A stretch of 55,323 bases of DNA, counting the filler, from Sluysia triapertura (Eukaryota), in assembly GCA_046118255.1 (NCBI GenBank). It is 4 parts of 4 records of this genome, joined end to end, with 100 filler letters (N's around TTAATTAATTAA, not from the genome) between each part and the next. Parts side by side here need not be neighbours in the genome. Positions count along the whole stretch, not along the records: positions 1 to 18,069 come from JBJNIA010181915.1; positions 18,170 to 30,397 come from JBJNIA010127520.1; 2 more parts are not named here. One strand, 5' to 3'. The notes under the pieces are model-generated. The model saw only the letters and a list, made by a program, of their open reading frames with translations, did no database searches and was not told where the DNA came from. Numbering within the stretch: the first letter of the stretch is position 1; each line of letters begins with the position of its first letter. Both the position numbers and the translations under genes were made by a program. Positions 13,660-25,028 of the stretch are shown here, one piece after another.

Positions 13660-14600
13660 TATGCCTTTTGAATTAAAAACATTAGTAGATGTACACATAT
13701 CACCAGGACATGCTTTTGTAATATCTAAAAACAGGTATCACTAAAGTATTTTTATTGCTTAAAAAGCATTTATTAAAAATAATTTGTTTTGCGTCCTTGA
13801 CATCCTAAATAATCTATTACAGTTTGATTTCTAGAATTTTTTAAAAATTACTAAATAATGTAGATTTAAACTTCGAGTTCGATGATTATTTCTTTAATGA
13901 AACAAATTTTGAGTAAAAATTAAGGTCACTACCCTATATCTAGCTAATTTAGTAATTTAATAGGGTTACCATTTTTTTCTCGCCAAACCGGGACGGTCAA
14001 ATTTTTTTCAACACCCCTCCCCCTTCCCCCTTCCCCCAAAAAATTTTTTTTGTGTTTTTCATTGTACATATATCATTAATTAATTACCTGTATACTAAAA
14101 AGTTCAAAGTTAGAGGCACACATATACGTATGCGTTTGAGTCATACAGTATGACGCATCAAATATGTTTTCAAAAGTTTTTTCGCAAGTTTATTGGCGCC
14201 GGATAAATATATTTTGAATCAGTTGAAGACATGGAAAAACCGAGACATTTTTAACAACCGGCCGGGACAAGTTCTTAAAACCTGGACGGTTGGAAACCCT
14301 ATAATTTAATAAAATCATCGTGTTTCTATAGTACGCTTGACCAATTTAAATCAAAACCTTTGATTGCTTTAATACTTTTTAATTTACAAAAAATCCACCC
14401 TGGTCCCAGTATATTTTATTAAAGTTATTGTGAAACTTATTATTTGTAGTAATTTATACATTAAATATATTTTATATATGAGATCCGTGTTACATTGTGT
14501 GTTTTAATTTTGAGATAACCACATAATTTAAGAGTAAAACTTCTTTTATCATAAATTTAGGTTAGTACCACATAACAAAAATTGTACTTCTATTTATCTT
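13660..14600 (-). pseudogene. Maverick packaging ATPase (A32-like), decayed, split by a hAT MITE
   Basis: KLARYRVVTLIFTQNLFH*RNNHRTRSLNLHYLVIFKN (13950-13840) and YLFLDITKACPGDMCTSTNVF (13736-13675) match ..SHHRNLSVIYIVQNLF..RTISLNAHYLVLFKNPRD..YLLIDL..RTNIF. Confidence 0.8.
13961..14301. mobile_element. Non-autonomous hAT (Blackjack-type) MITE, 341 bp
   Basis: TIRs TAGGGTTACCA / TGGAAACCCTA, internal CCGGGAC motifs, and a perfect 8-bp TSD TAATTTAA at 13953-13960 and 14302-14309. Confidence 0.9.
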
Positions 14601-14829
14601 TTACAATTATTATATTCATTAAAGTTTTTGTTATTTTACTAATTAAATTATGAAGATCAAACCCCATGGAATTTGTTTCAATGCAACATTGAATAATTGA
14701 CAAAGAATTATTGACTTGTTCTTGATTTTTCTTCATTAAACCGATGAACAAATTCTGCAATTCTAATACGAATTATAACATTGTAAGAAAATAAAAAGTA
14801 AATAAATTTACATTGTTGTTTGTTATCGT

Positions 14830-15280
14830 ACATCAAAATGAAATATATTCCTAAGGAAACAATAACTTCAACAATCAAACATTCATCTCAATACAATAGA
14901 TCTACCACCCAATTGTGTAGCCATATTGGAATAATTGAGTAAGAAAGATATTCTTATCTAACAGAAAATTATTTCTCTGACCTATTTTAGATTTGAAGCG
15001 TAAAGATTCTGTGCAATAATAAAATTTGTTTCGAGTTGTATCTATTTTCACTTGTGGTGTACGTATTTGCACAATTTTACACTAATTAGCAAATAAGTGG
15101 CATATTTTATCAAATGTTGTAGGTAAATTTAGAATTATAATAATAATTAAACATTCTAGGATCATTTTTCCGAAATTTGCGGCTAGACTAAATCATAAAA
15201 CTTTTATAAAGTGTAGAAATTTGCATACAAAAGCATGTTTCAACTATTCACACCTTTCTTTCAAAACGAAAATTCCATTT
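14830..15280 (-). pseudogene. Second A32-like ATPase remnant
   Basis: AANFGKM (degenerate Walker A, ~15182), TTFDKI, KYVHHK...FIIAQNLY (15070-15000), MATQL. Confidence 0.45.
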
Positions 15281-15877
15281 TCTTATATTCGACTAATATT
15301 TTATTTCATTATTATTACTAAAGAATTTCATTGGACATTATGTGAGTTAGTATGTCAAAGTTGTGTTTAAAATTAAAATTCAGATATTTTTATCAACATT
15401 TTTAGATAACCATAATAATTTAGATTTTTATAATCAATAAAAGCACACTGAATTAAAATGAAATTGGCATTCAAAATTTACAAATGCTTAAATGGTTTTG
15501 ATGTCACAAAATAATTTCCTGTTTTAGCTGGAAAAGCTATACTTATTCAACACGTTGTATTTTCAAGTGTCTTCTTTTGTGTATCATTATTTCGTTTGCG
15601 ATTTTTTAATTTTCGATAAGAATGGAAAAGTTAAATTTTTTCATTTTTATTTAATCTAAAGATAAATTTAATATTTTATGGATCTCTAATGAGTCATTTC
15701 AATTCATTATATAAAATTGCTATCATGGTTCAATTCATTCCGAGTAAGATAAACATTAGTCATTCATTCACTAAAGAATTGAATTTATAATAAAGTATTG
15801 AATAAATTAACTAAAATCATCATTGGTTCCAACAGAAAGTTTTACAGTAATAAAAGTAAATATAAATTAAATATTAC

Positions 15878-17560
15878 CTCGAGTAAAGTTGAAGTTTTTC
15901 ATCGAATTCATGCATAAGCCTTGTGATGGATTTTCATCAATTTCAAGCAATAAAACATATAATCGAAATCGCTCACAGTAATACAATGCTTGTAAGATGG
16001 AGTTTAGAAAACACTGAAATTATAAAAAATATTTATTGATTTTGAAATGTGAGACTATTCTTTAACTTTTAAATTACATATACAATGTAATATTATATCA
16101 AATCAACGTGACATAATAGAATTACTGATAAAATCAATTTTTTATTTGTTTTCACTCTTGAGATGACGAACATTATTTGAAAAATATCAATATGAACAAT
16201 AAATGTAGAATATTTAAATTACTCTTAATGTCGAGAGTATACAGACTACATGGAGAATTAACATGGGATGCTTCGGTTATAATGTCATTGCAAGAGTTTG
16301 GTGTTAAATCCATTCGTATTCAGCAAAGAGAAACTGACAATTAAGCACCAAGTTGATGGACACTTGGCTTCGTTTGAGGGAAGATGTCCATTCTCATACT
16401 ATATTCTCAGTAAACCAAATATATGTGGGTTCTCTGTGATTCTGAAAGATCATACTGATCATATAAAACAGATAAATTAGAAGCATAATACGCCTTTTGA
16501 TCATTATTTACTTAATAAAATTTTTCTTCTATATCTTTTTCTGAATGTTTGATTAAGCTATTTTCTTTTTTAAAGTTTTTCATAACTTACACTGCATCCC
16601 TTGATATTTGCTGTGCCAAAATAACGGAAAAAATAAGTTACATTAATTTAGCTCCTTTACAAAATCACGTCATGGAACTATTTATCAATGTTTTGGTCCA
16701 ATAAAGTCTTTTAGTACGAACAAAATAACTTATTTATAAAAATGGTTTCAGTAAATTCTCAAAAAATCAGATATTTTTAAATTGCAAATGAATATATTTT
16801 TGATATTGAAATATTGTATAATTGATTTTGATTAAATATAAAATTACATAAAATTTAACTAATTTAAGACTTAATAAATAATGTAAAAAATAGAAAGTTA
16901 CACAAATAAATTCAACTTACATATGTGTAAGGATTTGATAATCCAAGTGGGCGACTATTATCATCCTGTTGCTTATTTTCTGAGAAATTCTAATTCAGAA
17001 AATAATAAATTAATCCGATATTTAACAATTAATTTATATCAATAATTTATGTTACATTTTACATACAAAAACTATGTATTTTAATTATTTATTGAAATTA
17101 TTATATACACGTGGTGCGTGCAACAAAACATCGCAATGATAATTATTTTTATGCTTATAAGTATTAGAGTTAGTACATTTGTTCCAGCAAGTAACAATTC
17201 CATATATACTTTTCCATAAATATCCTACACTTATGGACAGCAAGCTTTAAATTTATTTTAGTTTGATCTCGAATAAACTTGTTGAGGTATATAAATATGA
17301 AATAGTCACTTACAACCGAGGCAGATAAATAAGGAAGGTGTGGAAAAACTTTGAAAACAGATTTGGCACTTGAAATAAAAATGAAATGATTTGTGCGTAT
17401 GAGTGCATGAAAGGTTTCAAATTCTATTTAAAAGTATACCTATTATTCGAAGTATTTAATTCACTACAAGGTTATCTAGTCGTTATTCTTCTGCGCCAAA
17501 TCAACTCGATTATCCGCTCTCCGTTGTCAAAATTCAAATAGTCTTGCAGGGATTTTTATC
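15878..17560 (-). pseudogene. Spliced ubiquitin-specific protease (ZnF-UBP + peptidase C19 Cys-box), probably decayed
   Basis: Exon 16989-16921 (..RPLGLSNPYTY, GTAAGT donor) splices in phase 0 to exon 16013-15878 (TTTCAG acceptor; CFLNSILQALYYCERFR), reconstituting the GLxNxxxxCxxNSxLQAL Cys-box. Upstream exon 17368-17314 reads CQICFQSFSTPSLFICLG (ZnF-UBP-like). Flanking exons contain stops. Confidence 0.75.
16220..16450 (+). mobile_element. piggyBac transposase fragment inside a USP intron
   Basis: MSLQEF..IR..RETDN*AP then VDGHLASFEGRCPFSYYILSKP..WVLCDSE (cf. [22 protein letters not shown]..WxLCDS). Confidence 0.75.
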
Positions 17561-17763
17561 AAGAACTGTTTTAATCAACAATTTCAGTAGTAAAATAAAC
17601 AATGATTTCTTCAAATATTTCTATATTATCGGATAAATTGTTCGCTAGTAAATTTATTATGCAAGTATTCTATTTCGTCATTCATAATTTTAAAAATACG
17701 AATACAAGTAAACAAACGACGTGGTTTATTATAAATATTTTATTTTATATATAGATAGTGGAC

Positions 17764-18047
17764 GAGGGAAGATCTCGTGTATTGGTTTACTCATTTATTC
17801 GCGCGCGCTTAATTTGAAAAATAGTTGTGCTGCATTGGTATCATATTAAATTTGGATTTGATGTTAATTAGTTTGTTTGTTTTTTATTAGATCGTTCTGA
17901 TAAGTTTAGTGTTTGTGCGCCTACAAACCTAACTAAATAAGAATAATTATAAAATAATAATAAAATAGTATATATCATATAATATGCACTAAACTGAGGT
18001 ATGTGAGCCATTTTTGTCTTAATATCAGTAATTCTGATAATAATACA
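17764..18047 (+). mobile_element. Putative PPT plus ~270-bp LTR
   Basis: GAGGGAAGA-TCTCG then TGTATT (17778) ... AATACA (18047), giving 6-bp inverted termini. The same junction motif occurs at 24512 and 51598. Confidence 0.5.
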
Positions 18048-18069
18048 GTAATATTGTAGACCAAATACT

Positions 18070-18169
18070 NNNNNNNNNNNNNNNNNNNNNNNNNNNNNNN
18101 NNNNNNNNNNNNNTTAATTAATTAANNNNNNNNNNNNNNNNNNNNNNNNNNNNNNNNNNNNNNNNNNNN
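18070..18169. other. Assembly gap with artificial TTAATTAATTAA linker
   Basis: N44 + 12-mer with stops in all six frames + N44; identical in all three gaps. Confidence 0.97.
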
Positions 18170-18219
18170 TAGTATATATATTGCATCTTAGTACATTAAT
18201 TTATTTTATTACCTTAATA

Positions 18220-18291
18220 CAGTGGTGTCAAAGTGGCGGCCCACGGAGGCAAATCATGCGGCCCGTAAAGCAAAAAAGTTTGACACCACTG
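18220..18291. mobile_element. 72-bp hAT (Charlie-like) MITE
   Basis: Perfect 13-bp TIR CAGTGGTGTCAAA / TTTGACACCACTG with two internal GCGGCCC motifs; TSD not well preserved. Confidence 0.75.
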
Positions 18292-19749
18292 CTTTATATC
18301 ATGGAAGTTGGTTATTTATTAAGACTTAAATCGTCATACTCAAATGATAAGTAGAACACCTAATTTATTAAAGTTCATTGAAAAAGTTTTAAAACTTTTT
18401 ATTATATATTTTGTGAGTCCTCTGTGATGTTGGTCTTACACAATTAAGTGCCAACTCATTGATGTCAGCATAAAGGATGAATAATGCAAGTTTGTGGAGG
18501 TCAAAGAATATCTTTTTATTGGATTATCTTTTCCGATATTAAGCGAGATTATTATTTGCTATTTTGTATCCGATCTGTTTTTATAAGGATCTTTTAAGCA
18601 AAATTTAAATTATTATATGTTTTATTATTATTTGTAAAAATTTAAATTTGTTTAAAACTACGTAATTTACTTTGTACATAAGATAAACAGTGCAACATGA
18701 TATGCACACATTTTTTCCAAGATTTGCGTCAAAAAATTATATACGTAAAATAAAATCGTAATTTATATTCACGTAACAAAAAATTTAATATACAATTAGG
18801 AATCATAAAATATATTCAATGGATAAAAGTTATAGTTTATGTTCAAATTACAGATAATAAAACTACGAGTTACATAAATTACACTTAAATTTATCAATAT
18901 TGCTATTTCGATATTTCTGTATAACTATGTTAATAACTATAATTTATTTATGTAATTAAATTTCTACTAAAAAAAGCCTTTTAAATGCTTGTTAAGTATC
19001 AAATTTAACTTTTTATTAAAATAAAAATTGCTTATAATAAATATCAACGAACTATCAATAAATATTTTCAAATTTCTGTGACAAATAGTATGTTCCAAAA
19101 ATTGATTGGTTAAAAATCTTTCTCAGGAATTAAATTATAAAATAAATATTTTCGAATATGTGACAACTTTTATAATCAAATTTGTTAAATCACTTTTTAA
19201 TTTGTATAACCTTTTTGTGTTAAACTTATTTTTTAGATGAATATTTATAGTCAAACTAGATGAATCATATTTAAGGTGATGAACTTGCATTATAATTTGA
19301 CTCATGCATTTATAAAATGACTACATAATACTAATTATATTCTAATTTTAAAGTACGCATAATTTGAATAATGATAAATAATAATAATAATAATACACTA
19401 TTTTCCTTGTATTTACTTATAAATTTTTAACAAATTATTACACAATTTATAACAATTGCATAATTTACAATAACTTCATTATAATTATTACAAGTATTAA
19501 ACATTTAATAACACATGTGAATTTAAGTATTGATAATTATAAAATAAAAACGAATGATTTTTATTGAGTCTGCTATTCCTATATTTAATTTTTCTTGGTT
19601 ACTTTTGAGGCAATGAACATTATTGGACCATTTCTTAAACTATTTGTTTTGCCTGATTTTATACATTCGGTTCTATTAAGTAGCCATCGTGGTTCTTCTA
19701 ATATAATATCATCATCATCTATTGGCCTATCAGCATAAGTATCCATCTA

Positions 19750-20103
19750 TCTTGATTTACTAAAATCGAGTGAAACTCCTTTTAGTTGTGAAAGTACGTC
19801 CGTACCTAATATCATATCTTCTGGGAATTTACTCATAACCCTGCATTTTATTTCGATTTTGTTTTGTCCAATCTCACATTATATTTTTAATACTCCTAAA
19901 ATTTCAATTTCGTCACCTTTTACTCCGGTAAGATATGAATTTTGTTTAGCTAAATTATTAAGTTCCTTTCTAGTTAATAATGATTCGCTTATTAATGATG
20001 CTACAACTCCAGTATTCACTAGTGCATATAACATTCTTCCGTTAACCCTCATATCTACCATGGGTATCCTTGCACTGTTATAGTTATTGTTTTCACATAT
20101 CAT
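19750..20103 (-). pseudogene. Retropepsin-type aspartic protease domain
   Basis: PMVDMRVNGRMLYALVNTGVVASLIS (DTG mutated to NTG), LTGVKGDEIEILG, and C-terminal MILGTDVL; one internal stop. Confidence 0.85.
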
Positions 20104-20219
20104 ATAAACTAAATTTCTTGAAGGAGGTTAGTATAGGATTTGTTTTTCTTATTCAGTATTACCAACTTATTCTATATTAACTGTTTGTAGAGCTATTTTT
20201 CTTCTTTTTTAAAGAATTT

Positions 20220-22035
20220 AATTGAGCATGAGCGTGATAATGTAATAAAATTTAGCTAAAAATGGGAAACAGCCAATTATTAATTTCCAAGTGAAGCCTA
20301 ATATTTTATAAATTCCTACTACAGAAAATATTTGAGATATTATTAGAGCAATGACTTTAATTATTACATATATGCCTGCTAGTCCTGAAAAATCTTGTCA
20401 TATTACTAAGAAATTTCCCCACATTTGTTTTAAAGTATTACGTGCCGCTTTCTTAACAAGATCAGGTCCTAATAATAATTCAAAATTCACTTTACCATCT
20501 TTTCTACTATTGTTTCATCAACTATTGTTTTATCATTGAGTAATTTTGATTTTTTAATATTTTGAATATTTGATTTGCTTGAATATTTTCTTTACAATAA
20601 ATGCCTGATCTTGGAATATTTAGCGTAGCTGAAAATTTTAATTTTGATTTTAATTCTGTTAAACCAATAGTTTCTGGAGTTTTAACTTGGATACGATATG
20701 GTAAAGATATCCATAAATTATCATCAATTTGATATTCTGGTGCCATTACATTAGAGCAGTGCAGTGTTTTCAGTTTGAATTTATTAGATGGAATAATTAT
20801 TCTTGTTACTGGTTCTAAATAAGTATTTTGATTTTTATACATTACAGGCAGTTAATTATTACATTCATTTTCTTGTCTGATTTGCGCTTCTACTTTTTTA
20901 CATTTATATGTATATAAAACCTCGCCTATTAAAATCTATCAAAGATTCCTTCTTCTAAAGGAAGTAATGATGCTACCAAATCTGGGTTTATTATTGCTAC
21001 TGCTAATTTAGTTCTCAGTATTTTTTTAATTTAATTGACAATCTCTAGCTATCATAGCTTGGTAAAATCTTTTTTGAGTGACAAATCCCAAATGATAATA
21101 GAAATCAATTTTATTGTTAAAATACTTATTTAATTTTAAATTTTTTTGTATCTATTCCTTTATTAGCTTGAAGTATTGTCTTTTCCGATAAATACATTCC
21201 TTGATAATTTGTCTGAATAATTTCTTATCCGCATCTGATGACCAACATTTCGATACAAATATTAGTCTACCTTCTTTATTTTGCATTAGGATTGTTGTAG
21301 TTTCTACTTCATTGAGTCTTTTTCTTTCTGGTGTATCTAAATTATCTTTATAAATTTGCTTTTTACTTATTTCCTCTACAGCTAAGTCATCTTCGTTTGA
21401 TACATAAATTAATATTAATATTAATACATATATTAATATAGATTCACCATTGTCACAACTTGTTTGATCACTTTTACAAAATTGTCTGGATATCATAGTA
21501 CCTTTTTCTAAGTTAAAACTTACATTAAATGATTTTAAACTTACTACATGGGTTTCATGCGCCACGACGTTATGATAAATTTTTCCTTCGTATTCTATTG
21601 AACCTCTTTCGCAAGTACCATCCATTAGTACATTACCAGCTGTTCTTACATTATAAATTATTTTCTCCTTGTTTTTAATTTTTAGTTTATCTCCTTTATT
21701 TAAACGTATTTATCTAGTTTCGAAGGCATTACGACAACTGTTAAGCGATATCTGGAATGGTTTCAACACATTTGATATATCTATGGTGTTCACAATACCA
21801 AATAACTACAGATCTTTTAACCAAGCATTTTTTAACCAGTGTCGTAACTAGATTCCCTTCTTGGTAAACATTTGGTGCTTTCACATTTGGACCCTATTTG
21901 GTCTTGATTATGGACAATCTTCGATATCCAATAAGAAAATTTTCTTCAGACTTGGGTTTGGATACAGTCAAAAGCCCTTATAGCATTGGTTTTATGAATT
22001 CCAAATAATACCAGTAAAACTATTATAGATAACAT
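20220..22035 (-). pseudogene. Chuvirus/Monjiviricetes-like fusion glycoprotein (env), decayed
   Basis: Signal peptide MLSIIVLLVLFGIHKTNA, then in the expected order: IRAFDC..LLDIEDCP, IWYCEHH, TAGNVLMDGTC, NVVA, GEVLYTYKC..RQENEC..LPV..YLEPVTRII, SGIY, and membrane region MWGNFLVI..FSGLAGIYVIIKVI..YKILGFTWKL. Confidence 0.75.
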
Positions 22036-22135
22036 ATTATTTATTGAAGTTTCAAATTATGGAAATGATTCACTTGAATTTCTCTTATTATTAATTAATT
22101 TTCGGTATCATATTAAGCGGTTCGTTTAAGGTATT

Positions 22136-22534
22136 CTAATATTCTTTTCCTTTAATAATATTCTTCCATCGACCTTGTTCATTTATCCAAGTATTAATTT
22201 TCTTATCAACGAAATTTATATTTCGATCTATTTTTTCACTGGTTATTAATACAGTTTTATTGCATTGAAATATTACGTACGCCATTATAATTTTATGACT
22301 TTTTCTATTAATTCCTGCATTAATTTGTTTGTTAATGATATTTTTGTATTGACTGTTATCTATATATTCGCCTATATCCACATCTTTATATTTTTCTTCC
22401 ATCGTTTTAATTATCTTAGTTAATATACTTTTATACTCTTTTAGTTCAGGAAATAATGTCTTATATTTGTTGAAATTAGAAAACGTATTAGATAATAAAG
22501 AATAAAATATATTTTTAGTTTTGTAGTGGTTCAC
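22136..22534 (-). CDS. Unknown 132-aa ORF immediately upstream of the glycoprotein
   Basis: Open frame, co-oriented with and ~100 bp before the env ATG; no recognisable motif; the ORF-track start is GTG. Confidence 0.3.
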   Translation of the reverse strand: MNHYKTKNIFYSLLSNTFSNFNKYKTLFPELKEYKSILTKIIKTMEEKYKDVDIGEYIDNSQYKNIINKQINAGINRKSHKIIMAYVIFQCNKTVLITSEKIDRNINFVDKKINTWINEQGRWKNIIKGKEY

Positions 22535-23679
22535 CTAATAATTCAAAATTTAATATTACCAAGTTATCTATCTACATAAAACAAAATTAATCATTTAAAC
22601 AATTGTTACATTAAATAACAATTAATGAAATGTTCAACACGCACACACACTAAATATGCATTTTATTCTGTCGTGTTTGAATTATGTCTGATGTTTCTTT
22701 TCATATAATTTTAACTTCTTACACTTTCTGAAGTAATAAGATGTGATATAATTGTGTCTTTGAAAGCACGTATGAATATGTTGTAGAAAAATATTGCATT
22801 GGTAAGAAATTATTTTTTCTACTTGGCTCGTTCATATATACAATATTATATACAATATTACAATATTACATTACATAATATTATAAATTATCGAATGTGT
22901 TATCAAAAATGCTACCTTTTACAAGCGCTTCTGCGCTTGAAAACAATAAGCATTATATTAAATAAGAAAACAATGCCACTGTGAGCACAATTTGAAACAT
23001 TCGATAAAATTTGTTTAAATTTACACTCAGTCGTAACAGTCTTGTGGTCCTGGAGCTAACAACAATGCAGTACTTCATTTACACTAAAGTATGTTAAATT
23101 AAACAATACTTGTAAACTCTGTAGTTTCACATTCTTAAGGTATTGAATCTTGTATGAAGCAGTTGCAAAAAAAGTACAAAGGGTTTATTTCCATTATGTC
23201 CATAATTAAAGTCGAATGGCAATAGAAATGGTGCCACCTTTACATATCTATTTTTATTTATTATTATTTCAGTTATTATTGTACTACTATATCGTACTTA
23301 TCCAACTTGTCGGTCTGATGAAGTTGAAGACTCATCACAAAGAGAAAGTTCATAAATCAAAAACTGCTCATCAAAAATAATTCATTGGAAATTTTTTTAC
23401 AAATGTATTTAATTTAGAAATTTATTTTTAAAATTGTTTAAAAAGTTTCACAAAATTTTTAATTGTGTTTTGTATCGATTCAATTATTTTTCATTAAGCT
23501 ACGTTACATGTTACAATGATGTTTTGAGTATTTACATGAAATTTTTTAAGGCTGAAAGATTATTTAATTCGTATAGAGTTTACATTCAAAGAGTTATTGA
23601 TTAAAAAATTAAATTACTTAAAAGGTTTGTAGTAGCCATTTTATTTAATGACTTCCAAAACAAGCAGTACATCAAATCA

Positions 23680-23940
23680 GAATCTACAAAAGACAGTTTC
23701 TAATTTCATCTCAACAGTTATCACGTCTTCATGTTAATAGATTGTTCGTTAAGAGAATTCAAGAAACATTTTTGGTTTTTTAATCATTAATGTATACAAT
23801 GATATCGATATTAAAATTCGTAATGGACTACCTTTTACTTTTTTTGTATTTGATGATAAACATGATGCTGAAAATGCTGTATGTGATCGTTATGGTTATG
23901 ATTTAGATGTATTTTCTCTACGAGTTGAATTTCCTCTAGA
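23680..23940 (+). pseudogene. SRSF1/9-like RRM1 fragment
   Basis: 23801-23938 reads [46 protein letters not shown] vs SRSF1 [47 protein letters not shown]. Confidence 0.85.
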
Positions 23941-24511
23941 TTTGATCACGATTCAGATAACAGATGTAGTATTAATATTAGTAATAGCGACCATTTAGTA
24001 CCATACGAAATCATTTAGATACTACCTATCCGATGGTATTTGTTACAATGATTATCGTAATATGGCTCGTTTTCATAATTATAATAACATTAATTCCAGC
24101 AATCAACATATTCATGATTCTATTCGTCATGTATTATCAACATATTCAGCTTTACTCGGCACGTCAAACATTGTTCATAAACATGAAAATTGACCAAATT
24201 TTGTCATTAGGAAGCTATTTTATACTCTTGATTTTTGTTCTGAAATTTTTATAACTCAATGTTTTGTTGTATATAATAAATTACCTAAAATTTATTGTGT
24301 TATTTATTAGTTTAATTTTGATAAAGTAAAGATCCTTAAGACCTATTTTTATATTAAAGAATCGAGTAATTTTGTAATTAAATTATCAAAAAATAAAAAT
24401 TTTATTAACTTGTAATGAAAATTATATGAATAAACATTGTTTTAATTTTAATAAACAATATTTTTTAACACAAACATTTCAACTTTATATACCAAAGATA
24501 CTATGTATTCC

Positions 24512-24856
24512 AAAAGGGAGATCTCAATGTTACATTAAATGATGTGAACACAAATGTAATTGATGGAGTAAGATGGCGTTGATTTATAAGTCTTGAATTT
24601 GTATGTAATTATACTCTCAGGTCATCGACATTAAAGACTATATGTGCGTGACAGGTATTTTATACTACAGTTTTGTGATATTCAACAACACAACAAGTCA
24701 CTGGAAGCATGTTTGGTACATAAGGAACATTTCTTGGTGACTGTAAATATCATATTTTTGTGTTGTTTTTATACTTTTGTGTTTTTTATAATAAAAGGTT
24801 CAATTTCATTTTTAAATTCTTTTGTGTTATATTAATTAAAAATCTAGTTAATAACC
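24512..24856 (+). mobile_element. Putative PPT plus ~330-bp 3' LTR
   Basis: AAAAGGGAGA-TCTCAA-TGTTAC (TG at 24528), AATAAA at ~24790, possible end ..TAACC at 24856. Confidence 0.45.
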
Positions 24857-25028
24857 TTAAGTTAATGTTTATTCAAATCAAACTAAAGTTCAAGAGAAAA
24901 TTTCTTAAGAAGTTAATAAAAGGTAAACTTTTTAATTTATATTCTAATACGCCCTCGCCAAAGTGATCAATCAATAATTTATTGCCAAAAAATTATATAT
25001 AAAATTTAGTAATTATAAAATATTAAAA

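Larger units (their letters stand above)
11200..15280 (-). mobile_element. Maverick/Polinton remnant (ATPase-like x2, c-integrase, probable cysteine protease and major capsid remnants)
   Basis: Co-oriented decayed integrase and packaging ATPase motifs (listed separately). Weaker adenain-like (~12000-12330) and capsid-like (~11300-11520) similarity. No TIRs or pPolB recognised. Confidence 0.75.

Noticed and set aside
18114-18125. Palindromic TTAATTAATTAA inside N runs (also 30442 and 42848)
   Set aside because: Scaffolding linker with stops in all frames; not biological.
23314-23350. CTGATGA...GAAA hammerhead-like core
   Set aside because: Stem II does not close adjacent to GAAA and no stems I/III were found.
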